34,255 bases of DNA from Promethearchaeati archaeon. GTDB taxonomy: Archaea > Asgardarchaeota > Heimdallarchaeia > JABLTI01. The position numbers and the translations under genes were made by a program. Positions 17,769 to 26,867 of this stretch are shown here, in pieces. The number at the start of each line of letters is the position of its first letter. Position 1 is the first letter of the stretch. The notes under the pieces are model-generated. The model was not told the DNA's origin, made no database searches, and saw only the letters and a program-made list of their open reading frames with translations. The stretch lies in contig JABLTI010000031.1 in the NCBI GenBank assembly GCA_013166835.1, positions 1 through 34,255 of the forward strand, read 5' to 3'.

Positions 17769-17887
17769 TTAATCGAACTAATAGAGGCTCTCACTTGGAT
17801 TAAAGGAATCTTTTTAATTGCTTAAAAAGCACAAATAAGTAAGATAAATGAAACAAATTCCTCGAGAAAATTAAGGTGGGATAAAAA

Positions 17888-18481
17888 ATAGAGATAATTT
17901 TACATGAGTTCTCAAAGAAAGAATGTTATGATGGTTCTCAGATAAAACCTCTTTGGGCTCTAAATAAATTCGGTGTTTCTGGTAGCTCAATAGTAATTTT
18001 CCGAGGTAGTATGAAAATACCACAAGAAGAAATGATTGATATTCAGGATATAATTAGAGAAAAGGATCTCGCGGAAATTCTCATTTCGGGTGACGATTGC
18101 ATTCACTTTATTATAGAAATGTTTGATGATCAACCAGCCAATTTGAAGGTTGCCTATCATCGCTTACATCTACTCGCGTTTATTGTTCAAAAAATAATCG
18201 AGGAAGAATATAAAATTAGTTTAGAGAAAAAGGGGACAGATCTTTATTATAAAGATAAAAAACTAAACGTGGCAATTGCTACAAGTTCAAATAGTTCCTC
18301 AAAAATTCATTTCGGGATTAATATTGTCTCAACAGGTGTTCCTGCCTATGTGAAAGCTGTAGGCTTATACGATATTAATGAGAAAATTAATCTCGAGAAG
18401 CTAGCAGAAAGGATTGGTAAAGAATTCATTGCTGAAATCAGTGCAATTGATTCTGATGTTTTGAAATCTAGAACACTTTAA
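17888..18481 (+). CDS. DUF366 family protein (biotin/lipoate-ligase-like fold)
   Basis: The in-frame family N-terminus YDGSQIKPLWALNKFGVSGSSIVIFRG lies upstream of the ATG at 18011 and continues into EMIDIQD, HFIIEMFD, GTDLYYKDKKLNVAIAT, KIHFGIN. In-frame TAA at 17882-17884, so the start is probably ATA 17888. Confidence 0.85.
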   Translation: MEIILHEFSKKECYDGSQIKPLWALNKFGVSGSSIVIFRGSMKIPQEEMIDIQDIIREKDLAEILISGDDCIHFIIEMFDDQPANLKVAYHRLHLLAFIVQKIIEEEYKISLEKKGTDLYYKDKKLNVAIATSSNSSSKIHFGINIVSTGVPAYVKAVGLYDINEKINLEKLAERIGKEFIAEISAIDSDVLKSRTL

Positions 18482-18493
18482 TGTGGAATAACT

Positions 18494-18949
18494 ATGCCGT
18501 TTGAAATCGATTTTGAAGATCCAAGAATAGGATTTGCCTCAGCACATTTCATTATTGGTCATGATAAATGTGGCTGCCTACATGGCCATAATTATTTCAT
18601 CAAAGTGAAAATAAGTGGAGATATTAATGAGCAGCATATGGTTCTTGATTATGGAATTCTAAAAGAGGAATTAAAGAAACTAGTAAAACCTCTAGATCAC
18701 AAAGTTTTGATTCCTTCAAATGCTGATGGCTTAGTAATAGAAACGAAAGAAGATTCCATAGAAATTACTTCTTGTGATAAACGATATCTGTTACCTGCTG
18801 AAGATGTACATCAATTACCAGTTCCCGCAACAACAGCGGAAGAGCTTGCTAAATATTTCCATCAAGAGCTGCAAAAAATCTGGCCAAAGTTCAAAATCAA
18901 AGTAACAATAGAAGAAGCTCCGGGAGCAAGTGCAACATATACTAAGTAA
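18494..18949 (+). CDS. queD: 6-carboxy-5,6,7,8-tetrahydropterin synthase (PTPS-I, Cx3HGH)
   Basis: FASAHF...KCGCLHGHNY...LDY...LDHKVL...TTAEELA; last gene of the archaeosine cluster. Confidence 0.88.
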   Translation: MPFEIDFEDPRIGFASAHFIIGHDKCGCLHGHNYFIKVKISGDINEQHMVLDYGILKEELKKLVKPLDHKVLIPSNADGLVIETKEDSIEITSCDKRYLLPAEDVHQLPVPATTAEELAKYFHQELQKIWPKFKIKVTIEEAPGASATYTK

Positions 18950-19024
18950 TCACAAAAATAACACGAGATAATTATTATAGTTTTAAACGTAAAGTAAATG
19001 TAATACATATTTTAGGTGTAATTG

Positions 19025-21985
19025 ATGGTCTCCGAAAGAGATGAAGCTAGTTTCTATCTGGAATACAAACCAAAGTATAAAGTTTTTCATGAATTAATGA
19101 CCAAACGAATGAGTAATGTCTTACTTGTCTCCAGTATTTATGATAGCTTTATGCTTGAAGAAGATGGACGATTATCAGATCAAATTTATGAAGAATTTCA
19201 GAATTTAAACTTACGAACTTTACCTCAAATTACCAGAGTTTCTTCTGCTCAAGAAGCACTAGAAATATTAAATTCACAACAATTCGATTTAGTTATAACA
19301 ATGCGACGTTTGGGTGAAATGGATGCATTTTCTTTTGGGAAAAATGTTAAGGAACTTCAAAATATCCCAGTTATTTTGCTTCTCACAAGTGTTGTTGAAA
19401 TAAATTATCTACCTGATAAAGAGAAACAATTTGGTATCGATAGAGTTTTTGTTTGGAATGGTGATTCAAAAATATTCGTAGCAATAATTAAACATCTTGA
19501 AGATAAATTGAATGTCGAAAAAGACACTAAAACTGGCGATGTAAGAGTTTTTATCTTTGTAGAAGATTCCATTAGATTCTATTCATTATTTTTACCCGAA
19601 CTATATAGCGAATTAATGCGTCAAACACATCGTTTGATAATAGAAGGTACAAATGATTTTCAAGATTTGTTAAAAATGAGAATTCGTCCTAAAATACTTC
19701 TTGCTTCTTCATATGAAGAAGCAATGGATCTTTTCGAAAAATATCAGAAAAATGTTATGGGTGTTATATCTGATATAGAATTCCCAAAAGATGGAAAATT
19801 AAACAAAAATGCTGGTTTCTTATTCGTAAACAAAATTGCTAAGAAAATAATAAATTTACCAGTAATTCTACAATCCTCTAAAGAGCAATATAGTAAGAAA
19901 GCTATAGAAATGGGATATTTTTTCAATCATAAACGTTCACATGGTATGATGTGGGACTTTCGTAAATGGTTATTAGATTCCGTAGGTTTTGGTGATTTTA
20001 CTTTCAAAAACGAGAAGAAAGAAATCGTTGGAAAAGCTAAAGATATAATTAGTTTCTATGAGCAGATTAAATCTATTCCAATTAAATCCCTAATTTATCA
20101 TGGTAAAAGTGATCATTTCTCAAATTGGCTTTCTGCTAGGGGAGAATTCGAGATCGCAAAGAAATTGAAACCTCGAAAGGTTTCCGAATTTACTCAAGAA
20201 GAATTACGAGAATTCCTCCTAAATACGATTAATGAAGTAGTGTTAGAAAAAACAAAAGGAATAATAAACGACTTCTCAAGAGAGAATTATAATCAAGATA
20301 TGCTTTTTTTAAGACTACGACCAGGGTCTTTAGGTGGTAAAGGCAGAGGTTTAGCATTTCTTATGTTTCTACTTAATTCTTTTCAAATACAAGACGAGTT
20401 TAAAGAAACCACAATTGAGATACCTAGAACTTGTGTAATCGGAACAGATGAATATGATAAATTTATGGAGGAAAACAATCTTTACGATTTTGCATTATCA
20501 AACGTCTCTGACGAAGAAATAAAGAAGAAATTTACAAATTCTAAATTATCAGATAGTATTCGATCTGATCTTGAATTCCTTTTACAATATTGGACAAAAC
20601 CACTGGCAATTCGGTCATCAAGTTTGTTAGAAGATTCAGCATATCAACCATTTGCAGGTATATTTAGTACCTTGATGATTCCAAACAATAATAATAAAGC
20701 AATTAATTTTGCTCAATTATGTACAGCAATAAAACTTGTATATGCATCTGTATTTTTGAAAGTAGCTAAATCTTATGTAGAAACAATTAGCCAAACAGTA
20801 GAAGAATCTAAGATGGCTGTTATAATACAAGAAGTAGTTGGGAAAGAACATAATGGTCGATTCTATCCTGATTTTTCAGGAACAGCTTCATCATTTAATT
20901 ATTATCCATTTGTGGATTTTATGAAGCCTGAGGATGGAATAGCACATTTAGCGCTTGGTTTAGGTCGATTAATTGTAGAAGGGTTTGAGTCATTTCGTTT
21001 TTGTCCAAGATATCCTAAAAGCAATTTCTATTCTACACCGGATTATTTGTTAGATAATAGTCAAAGGGCATTTTTTGCAATAGATCTTCAACAGAAGAAA
21101 TTTGATATTTTAGTTGATGATCCTTTCGTTACAAAATTCGATTTCGATGCTGCAATTAAAGATGAAACACTTCTTAATATTGCAGACACCTATGATTTCA
21201 ATTCGGAAACACTGAATATGGGTTATCATGGAACGGGATCTCCTGTAATTACATTTAGTAAACAATTAAAATTAACCACTATACCACTTGCAGAAATTGT
21301 AACTAAAATACTTGCAATTGGTGAACAAACAATGGGTTGTTCTATAGAAATAGAATTTGCTGTGAATCTTAAAGAGAATAAAAATGATAGAGATAAGTTT
21401 AACATATTACAAATAAGACCATTTCTTCAACAAGAAATAATGATTTCGGATGAAATTGAGACATATGAAAGACAACAACTACTTGCCTATTCTAATCATG
21501 TTTCTGGCAACTTATTTAGTAATGATATTTCAGATATTGTGTTCGTCAAACCTGAATCTTTTGATAACTTGAAAACACTTGAAATTCTAAAAGAAATAGA
21601 CAAATTAAATTCCCAATTAATTGCAGAAAAGAAGAATTTCTTACTAATTGGTTTCGGTCGATGGGGGACGGCAGATCGTTTTCTTGGCATTCCAGCGAAA
21701 TGGAATAATATCTGTGGGGCTAAGACAATTATCGAAGCAGGTTTAGAAGACTTCCAAGTTGATTTCTCTCAAGGAAGCCATTTCTTTCACAATATTGTAA
21801 CATCGAATATTGGATATCTCCATATTAAATACAATGACTTACAACACTTTATTGATTGGGAGTGGCTTGAGAATAAAAAAGTTGAAAGCAAACTAACTTT
21901 TGTTAGTCATATTAGATTAAAAAAACCATTAACTATTAGAATTAATGCTAAAAGAAAAGAAGGTATGATTATAAAACCATCATAG
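19025..21985 (+). CDS. Receiver-domain / PEP-synthase(PPDK)-like ATP-grasp fusion protein
   Basis: Two REC-like segments (FDLVIT; VEDS...VISDIEFP...ILQSS); PPDK_N motifs LGGKGRGL, AIRSSSLLED, FAG, IEIEFA, LQIRP; C-terminal GRWG...SQGSHFFHN. Confidence 0.85.
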   Translation: MVSERDEASFYLEYKPKYKVFHELMTKRMSNVLLVSSIYDSFMLEEDGRLSDQIYEEFQNLNLRTLPQITRVSSAQEALEILNSQQFDLVITMRRLGEMDAFSFGKNVKELQNIPVILLLTSVVEINYLPDKEKQFGIDRVFVWNGDSKIFVAIIKHLEDKLNVEKDTKTGDVRVFIFVEDSIRFYSLFLPELYSELMRQTHRLIIEGTNDFQDLLKMRIRPKILLASSYEEAMDLFEKYQKNVMGVISDIEFPKDGKLNKNAGFLFVNKIAKKIINLPVILQSSKEQYSKKAIEMGYFFNHKRSHGMMWDFRKWLLDSVGFGDFTFKNEKKEIVGKAKDIISFYEQIKSIPIKSLIYHGKSDHFSNWLSARGEFEIAKKLKPRKVSEFTQEELREFLLNTINEVVLEKTKGIINDFSRENYNQDMLFLRLRPGSLGGKGRGLAFLMFLLNSFQIQDEFKETTIEIPRTCVIGTDEYDKFMEENNLYDFALSNVSDEEIKKKFTNSKLSDSIRSDLEFLLQYWTKPLAIRSSSLLEDSAYQPFAGIFSTLMIPNNNNKAINFAQLCTAIKLVYASVFLKVAKSYVETISQTVEESKMAVIIQEVVGKEHNGRFYPDFSGTASSFNYYPFVDFMKPEDGIAHLALGLGRLIVEGFESFRFCPRYPKSNFYSTPDYLLDNSQRAFFAIDLQQKKFDILVDDPFVTKFDFDAAIKDETLLNIADTYDFNSETLNMGYHGTGSPVITFSKQLKLTTIPLAEIVTKILAIGEQTMGCSIEIEFAVNLKENKNDRDKFNILQIRPFLQQEIMISDEIETYERQQLLAYSNHVSGNLFSNDISDIVFVKPESFDNLKTLEILKEIDKLNSQLIAEKKNFLLIGFGRWGTADRFLGIPAKWNNICGAKTIIEAGLEDFQVDFSQGSHFFHNIVTSNIGYLHIKYNDLQHFIDWEWLENKKVESKLTFVSHIRLKKPLTIRINAKRKEGMIIKPS

Positions 21986-22028
21986 AATTATATAATTACT
22001 AGCATAAAATGAAAAAAAGCTGATAAAA

Positions 22029-22799
22029 ATGAAACTAATTCCAATAAACACACCATTAGTGTCAACAAATGATGATATGTTTGAAGTGATATTCAATGCA
22101 TTAACTGCTGCGAAAGTAGAACTGCAAGATAGTGACATCATAACAATTGCTACTAAAATCATTAGTGTGACACAAGGACTGCTAATTAATAAAGATGAAA
22201 TCGAGGTTTCTGACGAAGCAAAAGAATATGCAAAGGTTACCCAATTAAGTCCTGAATTCATGGAAGTTGCTATTAGGGAATCAGATGAAGTATTAGGAGC
22301 ATGTATTGGAGCTTTACTAACTCGAAGAGATGGACATGTCATGCCAAATGCAGGCGCAGATCAGAGCAATGCCCCCCTTGGGTCAATTATTATTCTCCCA
22401 TCGAATCCATCCCAAATTGCTCGAGAGATTCAGCATTTTCTTCAAGATAAATTCAATTGTCGAATAGGTGTTATTATTGGTGATAGTAGGGTTCAACCTT
22501 TGAGAAGAGGTACAAGTGGTTTAGCACTCGGTGTTGCAGGTTTTGTCCCAGTAATCGATGATAGAGGAAGAAAAGATCTCTTTGGGCGCGAAATGAAAAT
22601 GACTAGTAGAGCAATTGCTGATAATTTAATGTCTGCTGCTGAAATTCTTTCCGGGGAAGTTGATGAGAAAGTGCCTATTGTTTTAGTAAGAAACGCTCCC
22701 ATAATTTTAACCGAGGAAGATTTAACAGAAACCATGTCGATTCCACCAAAAGAATGCATGTACTTTAGTACATTTCTTAAAAAAGATGAAGACGAGTGA
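22029..22799 (+). CDS. cofE: Coenzyme F420-0:L-glutamate ligase
   Basis: IATKIIS, NAGADQSN, LPSNP, VIIGDS...PLRRG..GLALG..G, DDRGRKDLFGREM, ADNL..AAE, GE....PIVLVR. Confidence 0.92.
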   Translation: MKLIPINTPLVSTNDDMFEVIFNALTAAKVELQDSDIITIATKIISVTQGLLINKDEIEVSDEAKEYAKVTQLSPEFMEVAIRESDEVLGACIGALLTRRDGHVMPNAGADQSNAPLGSIIILPSNPSQIAREIQHFLQDKFNCRIGVIIGDSRVQPLRRGTSGLALGVAGFVPVIDDRGRKDLFGREMKMTSRAIADNLMSAAEILSGEVDEKVPIVLVRNAPIILTEEDLTETMSIPPKECMYFSTFLKKDEDE

Positions 22800-22845
22800 A
22801 TTCCTCAAACTAGCAAATTAGATTCTTTACTCTCAGGTGTTTCCA

Positions 22846-23508
22846 ATGAATAAAGTGAAAACAGTAATATCTAAACTCGATGAGCAGTATGGAGTAAAAC
22901 ATTGGAAGCGTTGGCGAGAGCCTGTGGGTGAATTAGTGCGAACAATTCTCTCTCAAAATACAACTGATAAGAATAGCTTGAGAGCATATGCTAATTTAAT
23001 TGAGACGTTCAAAACATGGGATGAAATACTAGAAGCAGATGAAACAGAAATTGCTGAACCAATTAGAAGTGGCGGTTTAGCGAATATTAAAGCTAAAAAG
23101 ATCAAGAAAAGTTTGCAAGAAATTAAAAAACGCGAAGGGAAAATAGATCTCGAGTTCCTAGCAGATTACAAACCGGATGCTGCAGAAGAATATTTGGTAT
23201 CTTTAGATGGGGTAGGACCAAAAACAGCAGCATGTGTTCTGATTTTTTCGTTTAATTTTCCAATAATGCCAGTAGACACACATGTTCATCGCTTAAGCAA
23301 TCGAATTGGATTAGTTACAACTAAGACTCGAGAAAAAACCCAGGAAGCAATGAAAGATATAATTCCCGAAAAAAACATCTATAGTTTCCATCTAAACCTG
23401 ATTGAGCATGGGCGGAAAGTGTGTAAAGCGTCAAAACCATTATGTTCGGATTGTTTTCTGACTGAATTTTGTGATTACTTTCAAGAAAATATCGAGAAGA
23501 CCTCTTGA
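22846..23508 (+). CDS. nth: Endonuclease III-family HhH-GPD DNA glycosylase with [4Fe-4S] cluster
   Basis: TILSQNTTD, LDGVGPKTA, PVDTHVHR, C-x6-C-x2-C-x5-C; AGGTG SD before ATG 22846. Confidence 0.9.
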   Translation: MNKVKTVISKLDEQYGVKHWKRWREPVGELVRTILSQNTTDKNSLRAYANLIETFKTWDEILEADETEIAEPIRSGGLANIKAKKIKKSLQEIKKREGKIDLEFLADYKPDAAEEYLVSLDGVGPKTAACVLIFSFNFPIMPVDTHVHRLSNRIGLVTTKTREKTQEAMKDIIPEKNIYSFHLNLIEHGRKVCKASKPLCSDCFLTEFCDYFQENIEKTS

Positions 23509-23595
23509 TAATTTTTAAGTAAAGCAAAGCTAATTAAGATTGAAACTCCTTATTCATTTTACTAAGATGGATGTTTCTTAGTAGGAAGGACAGTT

Positions 23596-24084
23596 TTGAT
23601 TAATATAACACCTAATCTCTCAGTTAATGCAACATTAGCTGAAGAGATTCTGAATTGGGGATTACCTATCTTAGGTGTTATTTTTACAGGTTTAATTATC
23701 TGGTTTATTTGGAGATATGTTAGAAAAAGTAATCCTGCAGGTCGAATTTCAGAGTTTGATGAGAAATCTCTCAAGAAATTGATTGAAGATAAAGGAACTC
23801 AAAAGCATCTGCCGTATTGTGGGGATTGTAAGATGCCAATGAGAACGGAAATTCGCTATAAGGATTTCATGAAAGATCAAGGTGAATTCCTAATTAGTAG
23901 TGAAACAGCAGAAAATACCTTGACATCACTTGCTGGTAGTGGTCGTATTTCCCAAGAAGATATGGATTTGATTAAGGAGTTTTTTGCAAGTCATCCTGAA
24001 TTGGAACAACAACTTTTCAGGAGATATAAATGTCCAAATTGCTCGAAGACACAAGTTTTGCCATACCTGAAAACATCTGAATAA
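23596..24084 (+). CDS. Single-pass membrane protein with a split CxxC/CxxC zinc site
   Basis: TM WGLPILGVIFTGLIIWFIW, then CGDC and CPNC; AGGAAGG before TTG. Confidence 0.65.
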   Translation: MINITPNLSVNATLAEEILNWGLPILGVIFTGLIIWFIWRYVRKSNPAGRISEFDEKSLKKLIEDKGTQKHLPYCGDCKMPMRTEIRYKDFMKDQGEFLISSETAENTLTSLAGSGRISQEDMDLIKEFFASHPELEQQLFRRYKCPNCSKTQVLPYLKTSE

Positions 24085-24169
24085 TTTCTTTTAATCCAAA
24101 TAAATCTCATAAATAGGAATAGTTTTATTCTCACAGAATTTCAATATATCTCGTTTAGGTGCACTCAAA

Positions 24170-25132
24170 ATGGAACCCTTATCAGTATTCTTTATACTAA
24201 TTCCAATAGGCATTGCTGTAGGAATATTCGCTGCAATCACTGGTCTTGGCGGTGGGGTTTTAATGGTACCTATCTTATTTTATGCTGCTTTTGCCTTATT
24301 TGACCCATTTACAAACTACGGTATACTAGATGTTTTCAAATATGCAACAACAATTTCGAGCACTGTAATTGTATTCACAGCTGCGTCCGCTACTATTGCT
24401 TTTTCGATTCAAAAGCGAATCGATTACTTAGTAGGAATTTTCTGTGTTCCCTTTACCATTACTGGATCATATCTTGGAAAGTTAACACAATCAAAAATTA
24501 ATGAAACAATTGTCTTAATCTTCTTTGCAATTCTGTTATTCTTAACCGCTTTAAGAATGATCTACAAAGTAATCTCTCCAAAAATTAGGAAAGCTAAGAT
24601 TAAGGAGGGGGACGATGAAATTCTAATTCCAGTTGAAGAAGCTGAAACTGAGGAAAAACCATCTCGATTCAAATTACTTCTAGATAGATTAACAATAAAG
24701 AAAGATATAGAAGATAGAAGTGGCAAGAAATGGGAATACAAAGCAAGATTATACTTAACTCCCATAGCTATTATAGGTGGTTTTGTTGCAAGTATGGCTG
24801 GAGTAGGTGGAGGTATAGTCATGGTTCCAGTTCTACACATATTCATTGGTTTGCCTATCCACTTCGCAACAGCAACATCAGTTTTCATTATGATATTCAC
24901 AAAATCTACAACAATAATTACAGCTTATGCTGGATCCACAGAAACCTCTGGTATTTGGTGGCCATATGTTGCAGGTTTAGCAATTGGAATAATTGGCGGT
25001 GCGCAAATCGGTGCGAGATTAGCTCGAAAAATAAAAGCTGATCCCTTAAAAATTGTCTTTGCTACTGTGCTAGTTTTGGTATCAATCTGGACAATCATAC
25101 AATGGCAGTTAGAAGTGAATGGAATCTTATAG
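24170..25132 (+). CDS. Sulfite exporter TauE/SafE family membrane protein
   Basis: Duplicated GLGGGVLMVP / GVGGGIVMVP motifs, ATATS, GAQIGARLA; about 8 TM helices with a central charged loop. Confidence 0.9.
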   Translation: MEPLSVFFILIPIGIAVGIFAAITGLGGGVLMVPILFYAAFALFDPFTNYGILDVFKYATTISSTVIVFTAASATIAFSIQKRIDYLVGIFCVPFTITGSYLGKLTQSKINETIVLIFFAILLFLTALRMIYKVISPKIRKAKIKEGDDEILIPVEEAETEEKPSRFKLLLDRLTIKKDIEDRSGKKWEYKARLYLTPIAIIGGFVASMAGVGGGIVMVPVLHIFIGLPIHFATATSVFIMIFTKSTTIITAYAGSTETSGIWWPYVAGLAIGIIGGAQIGARLARKIKADPLKIVFATVLVLVSIWTIIQWQLEVNGIL

Positions 25133-25231
25133 TCTTTATCCATAATGGAAAGGGTTATTAGTTGCTTCTTATTTCCCATAGAAGTAGATAGTAAATGACT
25201 GCAGACAAGGAATCACATCTATAGGTTTGAA

Positions 25232-25660
25232 TTGGAAATGGCTGAAGTAACTGATCTTCATGTATTGGCGAAACTCTCTCAAGGTTCACCCAATGAAGAA
25301 GATGCCTTTATAGTGAGAGGAGAAAAAGACAAGATCATTGCTAAAATCCATAGCTTAAGTGAATTACTTGATGTTCTTTCTAATTTAAAACCCGATGAAA
25401 TATTCCCAAATCTCTGTCGAATAAAAGACAAAGAAATAGAATGTGACTTAGCATTATGGATCCACTATGTTTTAGGTGATGCTGTTCTCTCTGCCAAAAT
25501 ATATAATTTTGTAGTGACTATGCAAGACGATCCAGAAAAGTTGAAGCTTCAAGTTTTCAACTTATGTTTCAATAGATATCTCAATTTTCAAGAATTGATT
25601 GATTCCTCTGATGATTTGTCTTTTTTTAATGATGATCCTCCCCCGCCAACTAATATATAG
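25232..25660 (+). CDS. Hypothetical protein, DUF5752-like
   Basis: AF...IHSLSELLDVL...CDLALWIHYVLGDAVLSAKI resembles the DUF5752 pattern; alt. ATG at 25238. Confidence 0.55.
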   Translation: MEMAEVTDLHVLAKLSQGSPNEEDAFIVRGEKDKIIAKIHSLSELLDVLSNLKPDEIFPNLCRIKDKEIECDLALWIHYVLGDAVLSAKIYNFVVTMQDDPEKLKLQVFNLCFNRYLNFQELIDSSDDLSFFNDDPPPPTNI

Positions 25661-25723
25661 CCTATAATCGTCAAAAAATAAATAGAACTCCCTTCTTATT
25701 TATTGTAAGAGTGATGAGTTCTA

Positions 25724-26860
25724 ATGCGTTTCTTCCCCAACAATCTCCAGCAAAAGAAGTGTCAAATTTGCAGTAAAGAATCACCTGAAATTTCTGAGAA
25801 ATTAGGTGTTTGCAAAGAATGTATTCTCACCCAACACCATGAAGCAATGGAAATCATCAACAAAACTCGAGTAAAATATCGTTTGAAATATAATCTCACA
25901 ATTGCTCCGCCGAAAACAGCAAAAGGTTTAGCTTGTGGCGATTGTGTAAACAATTGTCGCTTAGGGGAAGGTGATATCGGTTTCTGCAATCTAGTGAAAA
26001 ATGTAAACCAAAAACTCATTAGATTAGCAGGAGATGAGAAAAACGGTTTGTTTAGTTTCTATTATGATCCTCTCCCAACGAATTGTGTTGCCAGCCCGTT
26101 TTGTCCGGGAGGTACTTCAAGTGGGTATCCAAAATACTCCTATGTAGATGGACCTGAAATCGGATGGAATAATTTGGCTGTTTTTTATCAAGCATGCACT
26201 TTTGATTGTTTATTTTGTCAAAACCACCAATATCGGAAAGGCGTTCATTTATCAAGTCCCAATCCACCTGAAGTCCTTGATAATGCAATTAGAAAAGATA
26301 CAAGCTGTATTTGTTTTTTTGGTGGAGATCCAGCTGCGCAAATTCGTCATACTAATGCTGTAGGTCAGTTAGCTCTAAATAGAGCGAAAAAAGAAAAACG
26401 AATTTTAAGAGTTTGTTGGGAAACAAATGGTTCAGCAAAACCTGAATTAATGCGCAAATCCACTGAAATAGCATTGAAATCTGGTGGCTCAATCAAAATC
26501 GACACTAAAACATTCGATGAAGAATTAAACTTTGCTCTCTGTGGAACCAGTAATAAATTCACCTATTTCAATTTAAAGGAAATTGGTAAACGTATAAACG
26601 AGCGTCCAGAAACCCCATTACTTATTGCCAGCACATTATTGATTCCTGGCTATATTGATGAAGAACAAGTATCAAAAATAGCAGGTTTTCTTGCTTCTAT
26701 TGATACTTCAATTCCTTATTCACTCTTAGCTTTTTATCCAGCCTTTGCTATTGATGATTTACCAACCACCTCTAAGGAACATGCTGAAAGATGTTATAAG
26801 ATAGCAAAGAAACAAGGTTTAGAGAATATATCAATAGGCAATAAACATTTGTTGCGATGA
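25724..26860 (+). CDS. Radical SAM protein (PflA/COG1180-like) with Cys-rich N-terminus
   Basis: CTFDCLFCQN, CFFGGDP, CWETNG, STLLIPGY, YSLLAFYP; additional CQIC..CKEC and CGDCVNNC..GFC. Confidence 0.9.
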   Translation: MRFFPNNLQQKKCQICSKESPEISEKLGVCKECILTQHHEAMEIINKTRVKYRLKYNLTIAPPKTAKGLACGDCVNNCRLGEGDIGFCNLVKNVNQKLIRLAGDEKNGLFSFYYDPLPTNCVASPFCPGGTSSGYPKYSYVDGPEIGWNNLAVFYQACTFDCLFCQNHQYRKGVHLSSPNPPEVLDNAIRKDTSCICFFGGDPAAQIRHTNAVGQLALNRAKKEKRILRVCWETNGSAKPELMRKSTEIALKSGGSIKIDTKTFDEELNFALCGTSNKFTYFNLKEIGKRINERPETPLLIASTLLIPGYIDEEQVSKIAGFLASIDTSIPYSLLAFYPAFAIDDLPTTSKEHAERCYKIAKKQGLENISIGNKHLLR

Positions 26861-26867
26861 AAAAAAA

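Noticed and set aside
14691-18949. dpd-type 7-deazaguanine DNA-modification/defence island
   Set aside because: The TGT-like gene has ArcS motifs and a PUA domain and pairs with RaSEA (tRNA pathway); no dpdA/dpdB or restriction genes.
19025-21985. Bona fide PEP synthase (ppsA) or PPDK
   Set aside because: No C-terminal PEP/pyruvate-binding barrel; receiver domains at the N-terminus.
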